Shown here: in pieces, positions 13,656-28,199 of the stretch
Layout of the letters: every line of letters starts with the position of its first letter
Position numbering within the stretch: position 1 is the stretch's first letter
Source of the DNA: the human T2T-CHM13v2.0 reference genome, Homo sapiens
DNA length: 64,000 bases
Assembly: GCF_009914755.1 (NCBI RefSeq)
Contig: NC_060925.1
Direction: 5' to 3' (one strand)
Position numbers and translations under genes: made by a program
Notes under the pieces: model-generated
Database searches by the model: none
Told to the model about the DNA's origin: nothing
Seen by the model: the letters and a program-made list of their open reading frames with translations, nothing else

Positions 13656-16600
13656 ATTATCATCGAATGGAATCGAATGGAATCAACATCAAACGGAAAA
13701 ATACGGAATTATCGAATGGAATCGAAGAGAATCATCGAATGGACCCGAATGGAATCATCTAATGGAATGGAATGGAATAATCCATGGACTCGAATGCAAT
13801 CATCATCGAATGGAATCGAATGGAATCATCGAATGGACTCGTATGGAATAATCATTGAACGGAATCGAATGGCATCGTCATCGGATGGAAATGAATGGAA
13901 TCATCATCGAATGGAATCGAATAGAATTATGGAATGAAATCCAGTGTGATCATCATCGAATGGACCCGAATGGAATCATCATCCAACGGAAGCTAATGGA
14001 ATCAACATCGAATGAATCGAATGGAAACACCATCGAATTGAAACGAATGGAATTACCATGAAATTGAAATGGATGGACTCATCATCGAATGGATTCGAAT
14101 GGAATCATCGAATAAAATTGATTGAAATCATAATCGAATGGAATCGAATGGTATCATTGAATGGAATCGAATGGAATCATCATCAGATGGAAATGAATGG
14201 AATCGTCATAGAATGGAATCGAATGGATTCATTGAATGGAATCAGATGGAATCATCGAATGGACTGGAATGGAATCATTGAATGGACTCGAAAGGGATCA
14301 TTATTGAATGGAATTGAATGGAATCATCGAATGGTCTCGATTGGAATCATTATCAAATGGAATCGAATGGATTCACCGAATAGAATCGAATGGAACAATC
14401 ATCGAATGGACTCAAATGGAATTATCCTCAAATGGAATCGAATGGAATTATCGAATGCAATCGAATGGAATTATCGAATGCAATCGAATAGAATCATCGA
14501 ATGGACTCGAATGGAATCATCGAATGGAATGGAATGGAACAGTCAATGAACTCGAATGGAATCATCATTGAATGGAATCGAATGGAATCATCGAGTGGAA
14601 TCGAATGGAATTATGATCAAATGGAATCGACTGTAATCATCATCAAATGGAATCAAAAATAACCATCATCAACTGGTATTGAATGGAATTCTCATCAAAT
14701 GGAATTCAAAGGAATCATCATCAAATGGAACTGAATGGAATCCTCATTGAATGGAAATGAAAGGGGTCATCATCTAATGGAATCGCATGGAATCATCATC
14801 AAATGGAATCGAATGGAATCATCATCAAATGGAATCTGATGGAATCATTGAACAGAATTGAATGGAATCGTCATCGAATGAATTGAATGCAATCATCGAA
14901 TGGTCTCGAATGTAATCACATTCTAATGGAAAGGAATGGAATCATCGCATAGAATCGAATGGAATTAACATTGAATGGACTCGAATGGAATCAACATCAA
15001 ACGGAATCAAGCAGAATTATCGAATGGAATCGAAGAGAATCATCGAATGGACTCGAATGGAATCATCTAATGGAATGGAATGGAATAATCCACGGACTCG
15101 AATGCAATCATCATCGTATAGAATCGAATGGAATCATCGAATGGACTCGAATGGAATAACCATTGAACGGAATCGAATGGAATCATCATCGGATGGAAAC
15201 GAATGGAATCATCATCGAATGGAAATGAAAGGAGTCATCATCTAATGGAATTGCATGGAATCATCATAAAATGGAATCGAATGGAATCATCATCAAATGG
15301 AATCAAATGGAAGCATTGAACGGAATTGAATGGAATCGTCATCGAATGAATTGAATGCAACCATCGAATGATCTCGAATGGAATCATCTTCAAATGGAAT
15401 GGAATGGAATCATCGCATAGAATCGAATGGAATTATCATCGAATGGAATCGAATGGTATCAACATCAAACGGAAAAAAACGGTATAATCGAATGGAATCA
15501 AAGAGAATCTTCGAATGGACCCGAATGGAATCATCTAATGGAATGGAATGGAATAATCCATGGACACGAATGCAATCATCATCGAATGGAATCGAATGGA
15601 ATCATCGAATGGACTCGAATGGAATAATCATTGAACGGAATCGAATGGAATCATCATCGGATGGAAATGAAAGGAGTCATCATCTAATGGAATTGCATGG
15701 AATCATCATAAAATGGAATCGAATGGAATCATCATCAAATGGAATCAAATGGAATCATTGAACAGAATTGAATGGAATCGTCATCGAATGAATTGAATGC
15801 AATCATCCAATGGTCTCGAATGGAATCATCTTCAAATGGAATGGAATGGAATCATCGCATAGAATCGAATGGAATTATCATCGAATGGAATCGAATGGAA
15901 TCAACATCAAACGGAAAAAAACGGAATTATCGAATGGAATCGAAGAGAATCATCGAATGGACCCGAATGGAATCATCTAATGGAATGGAATGGAATAATC
16001 CATGGACTCGAATGCAATCATCATCGAATGGAATCGAATGGAATCATCGAATGGACTCGAATGGAATAATCATTGAACGGAATCGAATGGAATCATCATT
16101 GGATGGAAACGAATGGAATCATCATCGAATGGAAATGAAAGGAGTCATCATCTAATGGAATTGCATGGAATCATCATAAAATGGAATCGAATGGAATCAA
16201 CATCAAATGGAATCAAATGGAATCATTGAACGGAATTGAATGGAATCGTCATCGAATGAATTGAATGCAATCATCGAATGGTCTCGAATGGAATCATCTT
16301 CAAATGGAATGGAATGGAATCATCGCATAGAATCGAATGGAATTATCATCGAATGGATTCGAATGGTATCAACATCAAACGGAAAAAAACGGAATTATCG
16401 AATGGAATCAAAGAGAATCTTCGAACGGACCCGAATGGAATCATCTAATGGAATGGAATGGAATAATCCATGGACTCGAATGCAATCATCATCGAATGGA
16501 ATCGAATGGAATCATTGAAAGGACTCGTATGGAATAATCATTGAACGGAATCGAATGGAATCATCATCGGATGGAAATGAATGGAATCATCATCGAATGG

Positions 16601-19600
16601 AATCGAATAGAATTATGGAATGAAATCCCATGTGATCATCATCGAATGGACCCGAATGGAATCATCATCCAATGGAAGCTAATGGAATCAACATCCAATG
16701 AATCGAATGGAAACACCATCGAATTGAAACGAATGGAATTATCATGAAATTGAAATGGATGGACTCATCATCGAATGGATTCGAATGGAATCATCGAATA
16801 AAATTGATTGAAATCATCATCGAATGGAATCGAATGGTATCATTGAATGGAATCGAATGGAATCATCATCAGATGGAAATGAATGGAATCGTCATAGAAT
16901 GGAATCGAATGGATTCATTGAATGGAATCAGATGGAATCATCGAATGGACTGGAATGGAATCATTGAATGGACTCGAAAGGGATCATTATTGAATGGAAT
17001 TGAATGGAATCATCGAATGGTCTCGATTGGAATCATTATCAAATGGAATCGAATGGAATCACCGAATAGAATCGAATGGAACAATCATCGAATGGACTCA
17101 AATGGAATTATCCTCAAATAGAATCGAATGGAATTATCGAAAGCAATCGAATGGAATTATCAAATGCAATCGAATAGAATCATCGAATGGACTCGAATGG
17201 AATCATCGAATGGAATGGAATGGAACAGTCAATAAACTCGAATGGAATCATCATTGAATGGAATCGAATGGAATCATCGAGTGGAATCGAATGGAATTAT
17301 GATCAAATGGAATCGAATGTAATCATCATCAAATGGAATCAAAAATAACCATCATCAATTGGTATTGAATGGAATTGTCATCAAATGGAATTCAAAGGAA
17401 TCATCATCAAATGGAACCGAATGGAATCCTCATTGAATGGAAATGAAAGGGGTCATCATCCAATGGAATCGCATGGAATCATCATCAAATGGAATCGAAT
17501 GGAATCATCATCAAATGGAATCTAATGGAATCATTGAAAGAATTGAATGGAATCATCATCGAATGAATTGAATGCAATCATCGAATGGTCTCGAATGGAA
17601 TCATCTTCTAATGGAAAGGAATGGAATCATCGCATAGAATCGAATGGAATTATCATCGAATGGAATCGAATGGTATCAACACCAAACGGAAAATAACGGA
17701 ATTATCGAATGGAATCGAAGAGAATCTTCGAACGGACCCGAATGGAATCATCTAATGGAATGGAATGGAATAATCCATGGACTCGAATGCAATCATCATC
17801 GAATGGAATCGAATGGAATCATCGAATGGACTCGAATGGAATAATCATTGAACGGAATCGAATGGAATCATCATCGGATGGAAACGAATGGAATCATCAT
17901 CGAATGGAAATGAAAGGAGTCATCATCTAATGGAATTGCATGGAATCATCATCAAATGGAATCGAATGGAATCAACATCAAATGGAATCAAATGGAATCA
18001 TTGAACGGAATTGAATGGAATCATCATCGAATGAATTGAATGCAATCATCGAATGGTCTCGAATGGAATCATCTTCAAATGGAATGGAATGGAATCATCG
18101 CATAGAATCGAATGGAATTATCATCGAATGGAATCGAATGGAATCAACATCAAACGGAAAAAAACGTAATTATCGAATGGAATCGAAGAGAATCATCGAA
18201 TGGACCCGAATGGAATCATCTAATGGAAAGGAATGGAATAATCCATGGACTCGAATGCAATCATCATCGAATGGAATCTAATGGAATCATCGAATGGACT
18301 CGAATGGAATAATCATTGAACGGAATCGAATGGAATCATCATCGGATGGAAATGAATGGAATCATCATCGAATGGAATCGAATAGAATTATGGAATGAAA
18401 TCCAGTGTGATCATCATCGAATGGACCCGAATGGAATCATCATCCAACGGAAGCTAATTGAATCAACATCGAATGAATCAAATGGAAACACCATCGAATT
18501 GAAACGAATGGAATTACCATGAAATTGAAATGGATGGACTCATCCTCAAATGGATTCGAATGGAATCATCGAATAAAATTGATTGAAATCATCATCGAAT
18601 GGAATCGAATGGTATCATTGAATGGAATCGAATGGAATCATCATCAGATGGAAATGAAAGGAATCGTCATAGAATGGAATCGAATGGATTCATTGAATGG
18701 AATCAGATGGAATCATCGAATGGACTGGAATGGAATCATTGAATGGACTCGAAAGGGATCATTATTGAATGGAATTGAATGGAATCATCGAATGGTCTCG
18801 ATTGGAATCATTATCAAATGGAATCGAATGGAATCACCAAATAGAATCGAATGGAATAATCATCGAATGGACTCAAATGGAATTATCCTCAAATGGAATT
18901 GAATGGAATTATCGAATGCAATCGAATGGAATTATCGAATGCAATCGAATAGAATCATCGAATGGACTCGAATGGAATCATCGAATGGAATGGAATGGAA
19001 CAGTCAATGAACTCGAATGGAATCATCATTGAATGGAATCGAATGGAATCATCGAGTGGAATCGAATGTAATCATCATCAAATGGAATCAAAAATAACCA
19101 TCATCAAATGGAATCAAAAATAACCATCATCAATTGGTATTGAATGGAATTCTCATCAAATGGAATTCAAAGGAATCATCATCAAATGGAACCGAATGGA
19201 ATCCTCATTGAATGGAAATGAAAGGGGTCATCATCTAATGGAATCGCATGGAATCATCATCAAATGGAATCGAATGGAATCAACATCAAATGGAATCAAA
19301 TGGAATCATTGAACAGAATTGAATGGAATCGTCATCGAATGAATTGAATGCAATCATCGAATGGTCTCGAATGGAATCATCTTCAAATGGAATGGAATGG
19401 AATCATCGCATAGAATCGAATGGAATTTTCATCGAATGGAATCGAATGGAATCAACATCAAACGGAAAAAAACGGAATTACCGAATGGAATCGAAGAGAA
19501 TCACCGAATGGACCCGAATGGAATCATCTAATGGAATGGAATGGAATAATCCATGGACTCGAATGCAATCATCATCGAATGGAATCGAATGGAATCATCC

Positions 19601-22600
19601 AATGGACTCGAATGGAATAATCATTGAACGGAATCGAATGGAATCATCATCGGATGGAAATGAATGGAATCATCATCGAATGGAATCGAATAGAATTATG
19701 GAATGAAATCCAGTGTGATCATCATCGAATGGACCCGAATGGAATCATCATCCAACGGATGCTAATGGAATCAACATCGAATGAATCAAATGGAAACACC
19801 ATCGAATTGAAACGAATGGAATTACCATGAAATTGAAATGGATGGACTCATCATCGAATGGATTCGAAAGGAATCATCGAATAAAATTGATTGAAATCAT
19901 CATCGAATGGAATCGAATGGTATCATTGAATGGAATCGAATGGAATCATCATCAGATGGAAATGAATGGAATCGTCATAGAATGGAATCGAATGGATTCA
20001 TTGAATGGAATCAGATGGAATCATCGAATGGACTGGAATGGAATCATTGAATGGACTCGAAAGAGATCATGATTGAATGGAATTGAATAGAATCATCGAA
20101 TGGTCTCGATTGGAATCATTATCAAATGGAATCGAATGGAATCACCGAATAGAATCGAATGGAACAATCATCAAATGGACTCAAATGGAATTATCCTCAA
20201 ATGGAATCGAATGGAATTATCGAATGCAATCGAATGGAATTATCGAATGCAATCGAATAGAATCATCGAATGGACTCGAATGGAATCATCGAATGGAATG
20301 GAATGGAACAGTCAATGAACTCGAATGGAATCATCATTGAATGGAATCGAATGGAATCATCGAGTGGAATCGAATGGAATTATGATCAAATGGAATCGAA
20401 TGTAATCATCATCAAATGGAATCAAAAATAACCATCATCAATTGGTATTGAATGGAATTGTCATCAAGTGGAATTCAAAGGAAACATCATCAAATGGAAC
20501 CGAATGGAATCCTCATTGAATGGAAATGAAAGGGGTCATCGTCTAATGGAATCGCATGGAATCATCATCAAATGGAATCGAATGGAATCATCATCAAATG
20601 GAATCTAATGGAATCATTCAACAGAATTGAATGGAATCGTCATCGAATGAATTGAATGCAATCATCGAATGGTCTCGAATGGAACCATCTTCTAATGGAA
20701 AGGAATGGAATCATCGCATAGAATCGAATGGAATTGTCATCGAATGGAATCGAATGGTATCAACACCAAACGGAAAAAAACGGAATTATCGAATGGAATC
20801 GAAGAGAATCTTCGAACGGACCCGAATGGAATCATCTAATGGAATGGAATGGAATAATCCATGGACTCGAATGCAATCATCATCGAATGGAATCGAATGG
20901 AATCATCGAATGGACTCGAATGGAATAATCATTGAACGGAATCGAATGGAATCATCATCGGATGGAAACGAATGGAATCATCATCGGATGGGAATGAAAG
21001 GAGTCATCATCTAATGGAATTGCATGGAATCATCATAAAATGGAATCGAATGGAATCAACATCAAATGGAATCAAATGGAATCATTGAACGGAATTGAAT
21101 GGAATCGTCATCGAATGAATTGAATGCAATCATCGAATGGTCTCGAATGGAATCATCTTCAAATGGAATGGAATGGAATCATTGCATAGAATCGAATGGA
21201 ATTATCATCGAATGGAATCGAATGGTATCAACATCAAACGGAAAAAAACGGAATTATCGAATGGAATCGAAGAGAATCTTCGAACGTACCCGAATGGAAT
21301 CATCTAATGGAGTGGAATGGAATAATCCATGGACTCGAATGCAATCATCATCGAATGGAATCGAATGGAATCATCGAATGGACTCGAATGGAATAATCAT
21401 TGAACGGAATCGAATGGAATCATCATCGGATGGAAATGAATGGAATGATCATCGAATGGAATCGAATAGAATTATGGAATGAAATCCAGTGTGATCATCA
21501 TCGAATGGACCCGAATGGAATCATCATCCAACGGAAGCTAATGGAATCAACATCGAATGAATCGAATGGAAACACCATCGAATTGAAACGAATGGAATTA
21601 TCATGAAATTGAAATGGATGGACCCATCATCGAATGGATTCGAATGGAATCATCGAATAAAATTGATTGAAATCATCATCAAATGGAATCGAATGGTGTC
21701 ATTGAATGGGATCGAATGGAATCATCGTCAGATGGAAATGAATGGAATCGTCATAGAATGGAATCGAATGGATTCATTGAATGGAATCAGATGGAATCAT
21801 CGAATGGACTGGAATGGAATCATTGAATGGACTCGAATGGAATCATTATTGAATGGAATTGAATGGAATCATCGAATGGTCTCGATTGGAATCATTATCA
21901 CATGGAATCGAATGGAATCACCGAATAGAATCGAATGGAACAATCATCGAATTGACTCAAATGGAATTATCCTCAAATGGAATCGAATGGAATTATCGAA
22001 TGCAATCGAATGGAATTATCGAATGCAATCGAATAGAATCATCGAATGGACTCGAATGGAATCATCGAATGGAATGGAATGGAACAGTCAATGAACTCGA
22101 ATGGAATCATCATTGAATGGAATCGAATGGAATCATCGAGTGGAATCGAATGGAATTATGATCAAATGGAATCGAATGTAATCCTCATCAAATGGAATCA
22201 AAAATAACGATCATCAATTGGTATTGAATGGAATTGTCATCAAATGGAATTGAAAGGAATCATCATCAAATGGAACCGAATGGAATCCTCATTGAATGGA
22301 AATGAAAGTGGTCATCATCTAATGGAATCGCATGGAATCATCATCAAATGGAATCGAATGGAATCATCATGAAATGGAATCTAAGGGAATCATTGAACAG
22401 AATTGAATGGAATCGTCATCGAATGAATTGAATGCAATCATCGAATGGTCTCGAATGGAATCATCTTCAAATGGAAAGGAATGGAATCATCGCATAGAAT
22501 CGAATGGAATTATCATCGAATGGAATCCAATGGTATCAACATCAAACGGAAAAAAACGGAATTATGGAATGGAATCGAAGAGAATCTTCGAACGGACCCG

Positions 22601-25600
22601 AATGGAATCATCTAATGGAATGGAATGGAATAATCCATGGACTCGAATGCAATCATCATCAAATGGAATCGAATGGAATCATCGAATGGACTCGAATGGA
22701 ATAATCATTGAACGGAATCGAATGGAATCATCATCGGATGGAAACGAATGGAATCATCATCGAATGGAAATGAAAGGAGTCATCATCTAATGGAATTGCA
22801 TGGAATCATCATAAAATGGAATCGAATGGAATCAACATCAAATGGAATCAAATGGAATCATTGAACGGAATTGAATGGAATCGTCATCGAATGAATTGAC
22901 TGCAATCATCGAATGGTCTCGAATGGAATCATCTTCAAATGGAATGGAATGGAATCATCGCATAGAATCGAATGGAATTATCATCGAATGGATTCGAATG
23001 GAATCAACATCAAACGGAAAAAAACGGAATTATCGAATGGAATCGAAGGGAATCATCGAAGGGACCCGAATGGAATCATCTAATGGAATGGAATGGAATA
23101 ATCCATGGACTCGAATGCAATCATCATCGAATGGAATCGAATGGAATCATCGAATGGACTCGAATGGAATAATCATTGAACGGAATCGAATGGAATCATC
23201 ATCGGATGGAAATGAATGGAGTCATCATCGAATGGAATCGAATAGAATTATGGAATGAAATCCAGTGTGATCATCATCGAATGGACCCGAATGGAATCAT
23301 CATCCAACGGAAGCTAATGGAATCAACATCGAATGAATCAAATGGAAACATCATCGAATTGAAACGAATGGAATTACCATGAAATTAAATTGGATGGACT
23401 CATCCTCAAATGGATTCGAGTGGAATCATCGAATAAAATTGATTGAAATCATCATCAAATGGAATCGAATGGTATCATTGAATGGAATCGAATGGAATCA
23501 TCATCAGATGGAAATGAAAGGAATCGTCATAGAATGGAATCAAATGGATTCATTGAATGGAATCAGATGGAATCATTGAATGGACTGGAATGGAATCATT
23601 GAATGGACTCGAAAGGGATCATTATTGAATGGAATTGAATGGAATCATCGAATGGTCTCGATTGGAATCATTATCAAATGGAATCGAATGGAATCACCGA
23701 ATAGAATCGAATGGAACAATCATCGAATGGACTCAAATGGAATTATCCTCAAATGGAATTGAATGGAATTATCGAATGAAATCGAATGGAATTATCGAAT
23801 GCAATCGAATAGAATCATCGAATGGACTCGAATGGAATCATCGAATGGAATGGAATGGAACAGTCAATGAACTCGAATGGAATCATCATTGAATGGAATC
23901 GAATGGAATCATCGAGTGGAATCGAATGTAATCATCATCAAATGGAATCAAAAATAACCATCATCAAATGGAATCAAAAATAACCATCATCAATTGGTAT
24001 TGAATGGAATTCTCATCAAATGGAATTCAAAGGAATCATCATCAAATGGAACCGAATGGAATCCTCATTGAATGGAAATGAAAGGGGTCATCATCTAATG
24101 GAATCGCATGGAATCATCATAAAATGGAATCGAATGGAATCAACATCAAATGGAATCAAATGGAATCATTGAACGGAATTGAATGGAATCGTCATCGAAT
24201 GAATTGAATGCAATCATCGAATGGTCTCGAATGGAATCATCTTCAAATGGAATGGAATGGAATCATCGCATAGAATCGAATGGAATTATCATCGAATGGA
24301 ATCGAATGGAATCAACATCAAACGGAAAAAAACCGAATTATCGAATGGAATCGAAGAGAATCATCGAATTGACCCGAATGGAATCATCTAATGGAATGGA
24401 ATGGAATAATCCATGGACTCGAATGCAATCATCATCGAATGGAATCGAATGGAATCATCGAATGGACTCGAATGGAATAATCATTGAACGGAATCGAATG
24501 GAATCATCATCGGATGGAAATGAATGGAATCATCATCGAATGGAATCGAATAGAATTATGGAATGAAATCCAGTGTGATCATCATCGAATGGACCCGAAT
24601 GGAATCATCATCCATCGGAAGCAAATGGAATCAACATCGAATGAATCGAATGGAAACACCATCGAATTGAAACGAATGGAATTATCATGAAATTGAAATG
24701 GATGGACTCATCATCGAATGGATTCGAATGGAATCATCGAATAAAATTGATTGAAATCATCATCAAATGGAATCGAATGGTATCATTGAATGGAATCGAA
24801 TGGAATCATCATCAGATGGAAATGAATGGAATCGTCATAGAATGGAATCGAATGGATTCATTGAATGGAATCAGATGGAATCATTGAATGGACTGGAATG
24901 GAATCATTGAATGGACTCGAAAGGGATCATTATTGAATGGAATTGAATGGAATCATCGAATGGTCTCGATTGGAATCATTATCAAATGGAATCGAATGGA
25001 ATCACCGAATAGAATCGAATGGAACAATCATCGAATGGACTCAAATGGAATTATCCTCCAATGGAATCGAATGGAATTATCGAATGCAATCGAATGGAAT
25101 TATCGAATGCAATCGAATAGAATCACCGAATGGACTCGAATGGTATCATCGAGTGGAATCGAATGGAATTATGATCAAATGGAATCGAATGTAATCATCA
25201 TCAAATGGAATCAAAAATAACCATCATCAATTGGTATTGAATGGAATTGTTATCAAATGGAATTCAAAGAAATCATCATCAAATGGAACTGAATGGAATC
25301 CTCATTGAATGGAAATGAAAGGGGTCATCATCTAATGGAATAGCATGGAATAATCATCAAATGGAATCGAATGAAATCATCATCAAATTGAATCTAATGG
25401 AAACATTGAACAGAATTGAATGGAATCGTCATCGAATGAATTGAATGCAATCATCGAATGGTCTCGAATGGAATCATCTTCTAATGGAAAGGAATGGAAT
25501 CATCGCATAGAATCGAATGGAATTAACATTGAATGGAATCGAATGGAATCAACATCAAATGGAATCAAGCGGAATTATCGAACGAAATCGAAGAGAATCA

Positions 25601-28199
25601 TCGAATGGACCCGAATGGAATCATCTAATGGAATGGAATGGAATAATCCATGGACTCGAATGCAATCATCATCGAATGGAATCGAATGGAATCATCGAAT
25701 GGACTCGAATGGAATAATCATTGAACGGAATCAAATGGAATCATCATCGGATGGAAATGAATGGAATCATCATCGAATGGAATCGAATAGAATTATGGAA
25801 TGAAATCCAGTGTGATCATCATCGAATGGACCCGAATGGAATCATCATCCAACGGAAGCTAATGGAATCAACATCGAATGAATCGAATGGAAACACCATC
25901 GAATTGAAACGAATGGAATTATCATGAAATTGAAATGGATGGACTCATCATCGAATGGATTCGAATGGAATCATCGAATAAAATTGATTGAAATCATCAT
26001 CGAATGGAATCGAATGGTATCATTGAATGGAATCGAATGGAATCATCATCAGATGGAAATGAATGGAATCGTCATAGAATGGAATCGAATGGATTCATTG
26101 AATGGAATCAGATGGAATCATCGAATGGACTGGAATGGAATCATTGAATGGACTCGAAAGGGATCATTATTGAATGGAATTGAATGGAATCATCGAATGG
26201 TCTCGATTGGAATCATTATCAAATGGAATCGAATGGAATCACCGAATAGAATCGAATGGAACAATCATCGAATGGACTCAAATGGAATTATCCTCCAATG
26301 GAATCGAATGGAATTATCGAATGCAATCGAATGGAATTATCGAATGCAATCGAATAGAATCATCGAATGGACTCGAATGGAATCATCGAATGGAATGGAA
26401 TGGAACAGTCAATGAACTCGAATGGAATCATCATTGAATGGAATCGAATGGAATCATCGAGTGGAATCGAATGGAATTATGATCAAATGGAATCGAATGT
26501 AATCCTCATCAAATGGAATCAAAAATAACCATCATCAATTGGTATTGAATGGAATTGTCATCAAATGGAATTCAAAGGAATCATCATCAAATGGAACCGA
26601 ATGGAATCCTCATTGAATGGAAATGAAAGGGGTCATCATCAAATGGAATCGAATGGAATCATCATCAAATGGAATCTAATGGAATCATTGAACAGAATTG
26701 AATGGAATCGTCATCGAATGAATTGAATGCAATCATCGAATGGTCTCGAATGGAATCATCTTCTAATGGAAAGGAATGGAATCATCGCATAGAATCGAAC
26801 GGAATTATCATCGAATGGAATCGAATGGTATCAACACCAAACGGAAAAAAACGGAATTATCGAATGGAATCGAAGAGAATCTTCGAACGGACCCGAATGG
26901 AATCATCTAATGGAATGGAATGGAATAATCCATGGACTTGAATGCAATCATCATCGAATGGAATCGAATGGAATCATCGAATGGACTCGAATGGAATAAT
27001 CATTGAACGGAATCGAATGGAATCATCATCGGATGGAAATGAATGGAATCATCATCGAATGGAATCGAATAGAATTATGGAATGAAATCCAGTGTGATCA
27101 TCATCGAATGGACCCGAATGGAATCATCATCCAACGGAAGCTAATGGAATCAACATCGAATGAATCGAATGGAAACACCATCGAATTGAAACGAATGGAA
27201 TTATCATGAAATTGAAATGGATGGACTCATCATCGAATGGATTCGAATGGAATCATCGAATAAAATTGATTGAAATCATCATCAAATGGAATCGAATGGT
27301 ATCATTGAATGGAATCGAATGGAATCATCATCAGATGGAAATGAATGGAATCGTCATAGAATGGAATCGAATGGATTCATTGAATGGAATCAGATGGAAT
27401 CATCGAATGGACTGGAATGGAATCATTGAATGGACTCGAAAGGGATCATTATTGAATGGAATTGAATGGAATCATCGAATGGTCTCGATTGGAATCATTA
27501 TCAAATGGAATCGAATGGAATCACCGAATAGAATCGAATGGAACAATCATCGAATGGACTCAAATGGAATTATCCTCAAATAGAATCGAATGGAATTATC
27601 GAATGCAATCGAATGGAATTAACGAATGCAATCGAATAGAATCATCGAATGGACTCGAATGGAATCATCGAATGGAATGGAATGGAACAGTCAATGAACT
27701 CGAATGGAATCATCATTGAATGGAATCGAATCGAATCATCGAGTGGAATCGAATGGAATTATGATCAAATGGAATCGAATGTAATCATCATCAAATGGAA
27801 TCAAAAATAAACATCATCAATTGGTATTGAATGGAATTCTCATCAAATGGAATTCAAAGGAATCATCATCAAATGGAACTGAATGGAATCCTCATTGAAT
27901 GGAAATGAAAGGGGTCATCATCTAATGGAATCGCATGGAATCATCATCAAATGGAATCGAATGGAATCATCATCAAATGGAATCTGATGGAATCATTGAA
28001 CAGAATTGAATGGAATCGTCATCGAATGAATTGAATGCAATCATCGAATGGTCTCGAATGTAATCACATTCTAATGGAAAGGAATGGAATCATCGCATAG
28101 AATCGAATGGAATTAACATTGAATGGACTCGAATGGAATCAACATCAAACGGAATCAAGCGGAATTATCGAATGGAATCGAAGAGAATCATCGAATGGT

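Noticed and set aside
28051-28197. 147-bp duplication equals the nucleosome core length
   Set aside because: 147 = 3 x (23+26) follows from the sub-repeat lengths and a microhomology, so coincidence is sufficient.
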